A stretch of DNA of 64,000 nucleotides from Chloroflexota bacterium. Its GTDB lineage: Bacteria; Chloroflexota; Anaerolineae; Anaerolineales; JBFLVL01. Positions 57,927-64,000 of this stretch are shown here, piece by piece (position 1 is the stretch's first letter; each line of letters opens with the position of its first letter). The stretch is taken from contig JBFLVL010000001.1 of assembly GCA_040758495.1 (NCBI GenBank), forward strand, positions 20,384 to 84,383, read 5' to 3'. The position numbers were made by a program, and so were the translations under genes. The notes beneath the pieces are model-generated. The model did not search any database and was not told where the DNA came from. It saw nothing but the letters and a program-made list of their open reading frames with translations.

Positions 57927-60101
57927 ATGGAATATCTTTCCGGGTGTAATCCACAACAGGAACGAGCCGTCACAATCGAAGCTGGGCGGGTGATTGTTAT
58001 GGCTGGACCCGGCTCTGGTAAAACCCGCGTTCTAACCCAACGCATCGCGTACCTGGTCGGATATTTGGGGGTGTCCCCACACCGAATTCTGGCTGTTACT
58101 TTTACCAATAAGGCCGCGCGTGAAATGGAAAGCCGTGTATACGCTTTGCTGGGTACAGACGTTAGAGGGCTTACTCTAGGGACCTTTCACGCTTTTTGTG
58201 CGCGCATGTTGCGACGCGAGGCACAACACCTGCCGTTTGGCCAAAACTTTGTCATATTTGATAGCGATGACCAGATAGATCTGGTGAAGCGTGTGCTCAA
58301 GGATTTGAACATTGACGATAAGCGTTATCGAGCTCAGGGTGTGCATGCAACTATTTCACGGGCAAAGAACGAACTATTACTGCCAGAAGATTTGAGCATC
58401 AACAACTACCGCGATGAGGTTGTGCAACGCGTCTACCAACGCTATCAGGAGTTATTGCTGTCCAACAACGCGCTGGACTTTGATGATCTGCTATTATGGG
58501 CAGTCTTTCTGCTGGAAGATCAGCCGGCGTTGAAGGAGAGATATTCTCGCCGCTTCGAACATGTGTTAGTAGATGAATTCCAGGATACCAACCAGGCACA
58601 ATATACCCTACTGCGGCACCTGACCGCCTTCCATGGAAACCTGTTCGTAGTGGGGGATACAGACCAGTCTATCTATCGCTGGCGTGGTGCAGATTATCGT
58701 AATGTGCTGCGCTTTCAGCAGGACTATCCCGATGCCCAGGTTATCCTGTTAGAACAGAATTATCGCTCGACGCAGAACATCTTAGATGTGGCTATGGCAG
58801 TCATTGACCATAACCCATACCGTATCCCCAAGCAACTGTTCACGGAACGTGGTCGCGGTCAGTGCGTAGAATTCCACCAACTTTATGATGACCACGAGGA
58901 GGCGAATTTCGTCGTGGATGCTATCCATAGGTTGAATACCCGCCATCGTTTTCAGTTCGGGGATTTTGCAGTGATGTATCGGACGAACGCACAATCCCGT
59001 TTACTCGAAGAGGCGTTCTTACGGGCAGGTATGCCCTACAAGTTAGTGGGAGCTCAACGTTTCTACGGACGACGTGAGATCAAAGACATCATCGCTTATC
59101 TACGGTTGGTACATAACCCAAAGGATGAACCCAGCTTGTTACGGGTAATCAACGTTCCGCGTAGAGGGATTGGGACGAGGACCTTGACACAATTGCGCAC
59201 CCACGCGAAACAGGTGCAGGTCACTCCTGTAGAGGTGTTGTTGAATCTAAGTCTCGGAGCGCAGTCTACATATTGGGATTGCTTCAGCACCCAGGGAGCT
59301 TCACGCCTGTGCGAATTTGGGTCCTATCTGCGTCGCTGGCGTGCCATCATGTCAGAGCTAACCACGCTTCAACTGATGGATACCATTTTGGTTGATGTGG
59401 CTTATCATGATTATATTGACGATGGAAGCGAAGAAGGTCAGGATCGTTGGGAGAACGTACAAGAGTTACGTCGTCTGGCTGCCGAATTCGACGAACGGGG
59501 CCTGGAAGCCTTCTTAGAGGAGGTTGCGCTGGTTTCTGATCAGGATACATTAGAAGAGGATCCTAACGCTCCAACTTTACTGACCCTGCATGCTGCCAAG
59601 GGTTTGGAATTTCCTGTGGTGTTTATCGTCGGATTGGATGATGGTATGCTCCCGCACCAGCGCTCTTTTCACGAACCGGAAGCGATGGAGGAGGAACGTC
59701 GTTTGTTTTATGTAGGCATCACACGAGCCGAGGATCGTCTCTTTTTGCTGAGAGCGATGAACCGCAGCCTGTATGGTTACCTGGAACCTACTATTCCCTC
59801 TCGTTACCTGGAAGAAATCCCTTCCAACATGTTGGAAGGCGATCAACTTGATCGTGGAGAGGCACAAACCAATGTCCATCAGTCCCTTTTTCATCCTCGC
59901 CAGAGTACTGCGACGTCGTCCACGGCTCCTATCTTACAGCCAAAGTACAGGGCTGGCATGCACGTTCGCCATGATCAGTGGGGGAAGGGGCTGGTGGTTT
60001 CCAGCCGCTTGGAGGAAGACGACGAAATTGTGGATATCGTTTTCGAGAGCGTGGGAATAAAGCGCTTGATGGCCTCAGTAGCTAAATTGGAGACATTATG
60101 A
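57927..60101 (+). CDS. pcrA: ATP-dependent DNA helicase PcrA/UvrD (SF1A)
   Basis: AGPGSGKTRVL (motif I), VDEFQDTN (II), GDTDQSIYRWRGA (III), NYRS (IV), TLHAAKGLEFPVVF and YVGITRA (VI). Confidence 0.9.
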   Translation: MEYLSGCNPQQERAVTIEAGRVIVMAGPGSGKTRVLTQRIAYLVGYLGVSPHRILAVTFTNKAAREMESRVYALLGTDVRGLTLGTFHAFCARMLRREAQHLPFGQNFVIFDSDDQIDLVKRVLKDLNIDDKRYRAQGVHATISRAKNELLLPEDLSINNYRDEVVQRVYQRYQELLLSNNALDFDDLLLWAVFLLEDQPALKERYSRRFEHVLVDEFQDTNQAQYTLLRHLTAFHGNLFVVGDTDQSIYRWRGADYRNVLRFQQDYPDAQVILLEQNYRSTQNILDVAMAVIDHNPYRIPKQLFTERGRGQCVEFHQLYDDHEEANFVVDAIHRLNTRHRFQFGDFAVMYRTNAQSRLLEEAFLRAGMPYKLVGAQRFYGRREIKDIIAYLRLVHNPKDEPSLLRVINVPRRGIGTRTLTQLRTHAKQVQVTPVEVLLNLSLGAQSTYWDCFSTQGASRLCEFGSYLRRWRAIMSELTTLQLMDTILVDVAYHDYIDDGSEEGQDRWENVQELRRLAAEFDERGLEAFLEEVALVSDQDTLEEDPNAPTLLTLHAAKGLEFPVVFIVGLDDGMLPHQRSFHEPEAMEEERRLFYVGITRAEDRLFLLRAMNRSLYGYLEPTIPSRYLEEIPSNMLEGDQLDRGEAQTNVHQSLFHPRQSTATSSTAPILQPKYRAGMHVRHDQWGKGLVVSSRLEEDDEIVDIVFESVGIKRLMASVAKLETL

Positions 60102-61075
60102 ATATTTTTGTTACCGGTGGAGCGGGATACATTGGCTCTGCTACCGTGGAAAACCTGATCAAAGCCGGTCATGCGGTTACCGTGTATGATTCGTTGGTGA
60201 CCGGCCATCGCGCGGCCATTCCAGCAGGGGCGGACTTCGTTCACGCAGATCTGGCAGACAGGGGCACGCTCAACGGAGTCCTTGGTAGCCAGCCATTCCA
60301 TGCAATCATGCATTTCGCCGCTTTCATCGAGGCTGGTGAGAGTATGCGTGACCCTGGTAAATACTTCAACAACAATTTGGGAAACTCGCTGGGATTGATC
60401 GAAGCCGCAGTGCAGAGCGGAGTGCGTGGTTTTGTGCTCTCTTCGACCGCTGCGGTGTATGCCTCCAGTGACGATCCCCTGACGGAGGAATCCCCCCTGG
60501 GTCCGCTTAATGTATATGGTCAGACCAAGTTGATGATTGAACAGACTCTGGAGTGGTACTGCCAGATTCATGGTTTGCGTTACGCCGCACTGCGTTATTT
60601 CAACGCCGCTGGTGCACTTCCCCATCGTGGTGAGGCGCATCATCCCGAGACACATCTCATCCCTCATGTTTTGAAAGTGGCACTTGGACAACAAGAAAAT
60701 GTAGAAATTTATGGAAGTGACTATCCTACCCCTGATGGAACCTGCATCCGTGACTATATACACATCCAGGATTTGGTGAATGCCCACTTGCTGGCGTTGG
60801 AAGCATTGGGAGAGCGGGACCGTCTGGTTTATAACCTGGGTAATGGAGCAGGATATTCGGTGAGAGAGGTTATCGAGACTGCGCGTTTAGTCACCGGTCA
60901 CCCCATTCCGGCCGTAGAGACCCACCGACGCCCAGGCGATCCTGCCCGTTTAGTGGCTTCCTCAGAGCGTATTCGTCGGGAATTGGGATGGCATCCGCAG
61001 AAGCCCTCTTTGTTTGATATTATTGCCAGTGCCTGGGAGTGGCATCGGACCCATCCCTTTGGGTACCAGGAGTGA
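60098..61075 (+). CDS. galE: UDP-glucose 4-epimerase
   Basis: MNIFVTGGAGYIGS, YGQTKLMIE, LRYFNAAGA, IRDYIHIQDL. Its start forms an ATGA overlap with the pcrA stop. Confidence 0.9.
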   Translation: MNIFVTGGAGYIGSATVENLIKAGHAVTVYDSLVTGHRAAIPAGADFVHADLADRGTLNGVLGSQPFHAIMHFAAFIEAGESMRDPGKYFNNNLGNSLGLIEAAVQSGVRGFVLSSTAAVYASSDDPLTEESPLGPLNVYGQTKLMIEQTLEWYCQIHGLRYAALRYFNAAGALPHRGEAHHPETHLIPHVLKVALGQQENVEIYGSDYPTPDGTCIRDYIHIQDLVNAHLLALEALGERDRLVYNLGNGAGYSVREVIETARLVTGHPIPAVETHRRPGDPARLVASSERIRRELGWHPQKPSLFDIIASAWEWHRTHPFGYQE

Positions 61076-61245
61076 TCTGGATTTCTGCCTGCTTGCCGCT
61101 CCGAGGAGGTGTACCCACCTGAACTTTTACCGTTACTTCCGGATTTTCTCCGGAGGTAACTCCGATAGGGAATTGACCATAATCATCGAAAAAGCTCCAG
61201 AGTAAGACTCCCCGGAGTTTTTTCGTGCATTGGATGACTTGTTGG

Positions 61246-62037
61246 TTATTTACTCATTCGCCAGGCAGTAATGCCTAATCCCATGCCTAAAACCAATAAC
61301 AGGCTGCCAACGATCCCCAGCCAAGGAGAGAGACCATTCTCAGCGGATGTCGCCGTGGTTGCCAACATTTGTGAGGTGAGTTGAGCCCCAAAACCGATGT
61401 GAGTTTCGTCACCTCCGAGCAGGGGCAGCGCGTAGTTTGTGATGGTGGTAGGGTTATACCCCTCTGGGACAGCGACGCTCACGTTGTAATCACCTTCAGG
61501 CAGGTCTTCGAAGCATACCGGATTTTCACCTGCCTCTGTGTAAGCCGTGAGCGAAGTCTGTCCAAAGCGATCCGAAACGCTGATGGCTCCCCCCGGAATA
61601 GCAGGTTCTTCCTCCTGCCGGAAGGCGTCCCCGTTGACATCCTCATACAGAAGCACGCATACTGTTCCGTAACCAGGAGGGGGTGTGGGCGTGATGGTGG
61701 GCTGCTGGGTTGGCAAAGCTGCTTCTGCTGGGGTGACCTGTTCAGCAGGACCGCCAAAGCCAAGCAGTAGGGTATCTCCAGGTGAGATAAGCTCGTCGCC
61801 GACCAAGTTATTCAAAGCGCGAAGCTCCTGAAGTGGCACACCCGAGATGGCTGAGATGCGCCAGAGGGTATCATCTGGTTGTACAATGTAGATGATACGC
61901 CCGTCAACTCCAGGGGTAGGAGTGAGAAAAGGCGTTAATTGCGCCGCGGGGGCCGCGTGTCCAAAAGATGTCAGCTGGATTCCTAGAAACCAACCAAACA
62001 TCATGATCACTCCGAGTAACAAAACGATCTTCCTCAT
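61246..62037 (-). CDS. LysM domain protein with N-terminal signal/anchor, Pro/Thr-rich linker and C-terminal TM anchor
   Basis: LysM region YIVQPDDTLWRISAISGVPLQELRALNNL...GDTLLL, linker PTQQPTITPTPPPG and a hydrophobic C-terminus WLGIVGSLLLVLGMGLGI. Confidence 0.75.
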   Translation of the reverse strand: MRKIVLLLGVIMMFGWFLGIQLTSFGHAAPAAQLTPFLTPTPGVDGRIIYIVQPDDTLWRISAISGVPLQELRALNNLVGDELISPGDTLLLGFGGPAEQVTPAEAALPTQQPTITPTPPPGYGTVCVLLYEDVNGDAFRQEEEPAIPGGAISVSDRFGQTSLTAYTEAGENPVCFEDLPEGDYNVSVAVPEGYNPTTITNYALPLLGGDETHIGFGAQLTSQMLATTATSAENGLSPWLGIVGSLLLVLGMGLGITAWRMSK

Positions 62038-62202
62038 AGCTTACCCTGCGTTTGATTATAACATCACGCTCCTTTTCGGGATAATGCCACAATAAAGATT
62101 GTGTGCCGTGAAGGTGTGCTAATGTTATGCATTGCGCTTTTACTGGTAAATTTTACTTACTCGTTGTATACTCAAGAAAACCTAGACGAGGAGTCAGGTC
62201 AC

Positions 62203-63330
62203 ATGAAGGTATCTGTCTTGCAGGAAAATTTAGCGCATGGTTTGAGTATTGTCTCTCGGGCGGTATCGCCTCGCACTACTCTACCAGTATTGAGCAACAT
62301 GTTGGTTGCCACCGATGAAGGACGCTTGCGCCTCTCTGCGACCAATTTAGAGCTGGGAATCACCTGCTGGATTGGTGCCAAGATTGAAGAGGAGGGTTCC
62401 ACAACCGTCCCAGCGCGTACCTTTACCGATTTAGTGAGCACACTACCCACAGAGAAAGTGAACATGGAGCTGTCTGTCCGCACGCAAACGTTACATGTGC
62501 AATGTGCTACCACGAACACAGATATCAAATGTATTGACTCCCAGGAATTTCCACCTATGCCTACGCCGGATTTGTCCGGTGGTGTGCAAATCAATGTTGC
62601 TGATCTGAAGGAGATGATCCGTCAGGTAGCGTTTGCAGCTTCTGTAGACGAGGCTCGACCGGTGTTGACGGGTGTGCTGGTGGAGGTAGAGGGCAACCAG
62701 ATTACTATGGCGGCTGCAGATGGCTTCAGACTGTCAGTCCGGAAAGCAGAACTATCCTCTTCAGCGAAACAAGATGTGAAGGCCATTATCCCTGCCAGGG
62801 CTTTAAACGAATTGGCTCGCATAGCCAGCGATGGCAATCAAGTTGTGACTATGGTGCTTCCTTCTGATCGAGGACAGGCTATTTTTAGCATGAAAGATGT
62901 GGAGCTGGTTTCCCAATTGATAGAAGGAGCTTTTCCGGATTACGAGCAGATCATCCCCCAAAGTTATCAAACGCGTACGATACTGCCAACGGATGCGTTC
63001 CTCAAGGCCTGTAAGCAGGCGGAAATCTTCGCACGTGAGGGATCACTGATCGGTCGTTTGAATATCTCCCCTGGTGGAGAATTACAACCTGGGACAGTGG
63101 CCATATCTGCTCAATCCGAGGAAACAGGCTCTAATGAAACAGTTGTGGATGCTACGATTGAGGGAAGCCCATTGTTGATTGCCTTCAATGTCCGTTTCTT
63201 GCGTGAAGTACTGGATGTCATCGGAACTCCTAATGTGGTGGTGGAAACCTCAACGGCCGCGAATCCGGGCATTATCCGCCCAGCAGGTGAGGATGGATTC
63301 CTTCACATTATTATGCCTATGCACATTTAG
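62203..63330 (+). CDS. dnaN: DNA polymerase III beta sliding clamp
   Basis: MKVSVLQENLAHGLSIVSRAV...LPVLSNMLV, three-domain length (~375 aa) and C-terminal MPMHI. The ATG at 62203 has GAGGAG upstream. The 34-codon extension in the ORF track is unlikely to be translated. Confidence 0.92.
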   Translation: MKVSVLQENLAHGLSIVSRAVSPRTTLPVLSNMLVATDEGRLRLSATNLELGITCWIGAKIEEEGSTTVPARTFTDLVSTLPTEKVNMELSVRTQTLHVQCATTNTDIKCIDSQEFPPMPTPDLSGGVQINVADLKEMIRQVAFAASVDEARPVLTGVLVEVEGNQITMAAADGFRLSVRKAELSSSAKQDVKAIIPARALNELARIASDGNQVVTMVLPSDRGQAIFSMKDVELVSQLIEGAFPDYEQIIPQSYQTRTILPTDAFLKACKQAEIFAREGSLIGRLNISPGGELQPGTVAISAQSEETGSNETVVDATIEGSPLLIAFNVRFLREVLDVIGTPNVVVETSTAANPGIIRPAGEDGFLHIIMPMHI

Positions 63331-63344
63331 CTGGCATCAATACA

Positions 63345-63366
63345 CAGCGGTGGTGGTTTCCCGCTG
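63345..63366 (+). terminator. weak stem-loop after dnaN
   Basis: CAGCGG-tggtggtttc-CCGCTG, followed by agtttcactgttt. Confidence 0.3.
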
Positions 63367-63443
63367 AGTTTCACTGTTTGGGGTTTGTACCTTGTAAATA
63401 ACGAGGGACAAGCCCCATTTTAGATACCCTTTCGAGATAAGAA

Positions 63444-64000
63444 ATGAAAAGATTCGTTGCTGTAGCCGGGAATATCGGTGTTGGTAAATCTACATTAGTG
63501 GAGTTGCTTTGCCAACACCTAGGGTGGAAGCCGTTCTATGAGCCAGAAAGGGAAAATCCTTACCTGGCAGATTTTTACCGTGATATGTGCGCCTGGGCTT
63601 TCCACTCTCAGATATTTTTTATCACCAATCGCCTGCGCTCTCACCGCCAGTTATTGGATCATCCCACTTCTGTGATTCAAGACCGTACGGTCTACGAGGA
63701 TGCAGAAATATTTGCTCAAAACCTTTACCAGCAAGGGTTGATCAGTGAACGTGATTTTAGTACCTACCTGGAACTGTACCAGTTGTTGATAGAGTTCCTT
63801 CCCCCTCCAGATCTCGTTATTTACTTACGCGCTTCGGTCAGCACTTTGAAGAAGCGCATCCATCAGCGCGGCCGAGATTATGAACGAACCATCAGTGATG
63901 AGTATCTGGAAAGACTCAATAAACTTTACGAAGCCTGGGTGGAGAAGTTCGTTCTCTGCCCGATGCTCACCGTGCCTGCTGATGACCTGGATTTTGTTGC
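63444..64000 (+). CDS. deoxynucleoside kinase (partial, runs off the window)
   Basis: MKRFVAVAGNIGVGKSTLVELL P-loop, YEPERENPYLADFY, DRTVYED (ERS/DRx motif region). There is no stop before 64000. Confidence 0.85.
   Translation, partial: MKRFVAVAGNIGVGKSTLVELLCQHLGWKPFYEPERENPYLADFYRDMCAWAFHSQIFFITNRLRSHRQLLDHPTSVIQDRTVYEDAEIFAQNLYQQGLISERDFSTYLELYQLLIEFLPPPDLVIYLRASVSTLKKRIHQRGRDYERTISDEYLERLNKLYEAWVEKFVLCPMLTVPADDLDFV

Noticed and set aside
59975-60787. 270-aa minus-strand ORF spanning the pcrA/galE junction
   Set aside because: It is antisense to two strongly supported genes that are ATGA-coupled on the plus strand. It has no recognisable domains.

Overview
All calls come from reading the ORF translations and the DNA by eye. 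No searches were run and no statistics were computed. The window has two parts.

(1) Positions ~129-44946 hold one long glycan-biosynthesis supercluster that runs past the left edge. It has about 43 genes, all on the minus strand, very tightly packed, with many 4-nt ATGA/GTGA stop-start overlaps. I recognise these modules:
- GDP-fucose: gmd and fcl.
- A nonulosonic-acid module: PseB-like dehydratase, DegT aminotransferase, NeuB-family synthase and an SpsF-type cytidylyltransferase.
- A WbpA/B/E/D-like 2,3-diamino-uronic-acid module, joined to an ATP-grasp ligase, an amidohydrolase and a methyltransferase.
- An Arn/Gtr-like lipid-carrier module: SDR, DegT, GT2 polyprenyl-phosphate transferase, a small 4-TM flippase-like protein and large polytopic membrane proteins.
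- Tailoring and assembly genes: five SAM methyltransferases, a PAPS-type sulfotransferase, an AAC(3)-fold N-acetyltransferase paired with an M28/DUF4910-like protein, GT2 and GT4 transferases, and two unassigned GT-B (KpsS/TagF-like) proteins.
- Two export routes: a Wzm/Wzt ABC exporter and a Wzx flippase.
- An internal MarR-EPS-type regulator with a clear promoter and palindromic operator.
- A transposase zinc-ribbon remnant that sits at a compositional seam.

(2) Positions ~45-64 kb hold housekeeping genes: family-4 UDG, rimI-tsaB-tsaE, a rhomboid protease, a J-protein/HtrA/eRF1-like operon, an MFS transporter, tRNA-Leu(CAA), ychF, pepF, pcrA, galE, a LysM protein, dnaN and a partial deoxynucleoside kinase.

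The findings most worth follow-up are:
- The uncharacterised enzyme combinations inside the glycan cluster.
- The eRF1/Vms1-like protein in a proteostasis operon.
- The ~740-bp non-coding region at 52.5-53.2 kb. Gene orientation flips there, and it contains an AT-rich TTTATAA repeat block and phased DnaA-box-like repeats, so it is a candidate replication origin.

The protein sequences suggest a Chloroflexota/Anaerolineae-like monoderm. This is an impression only, not a demonstrated assignment.
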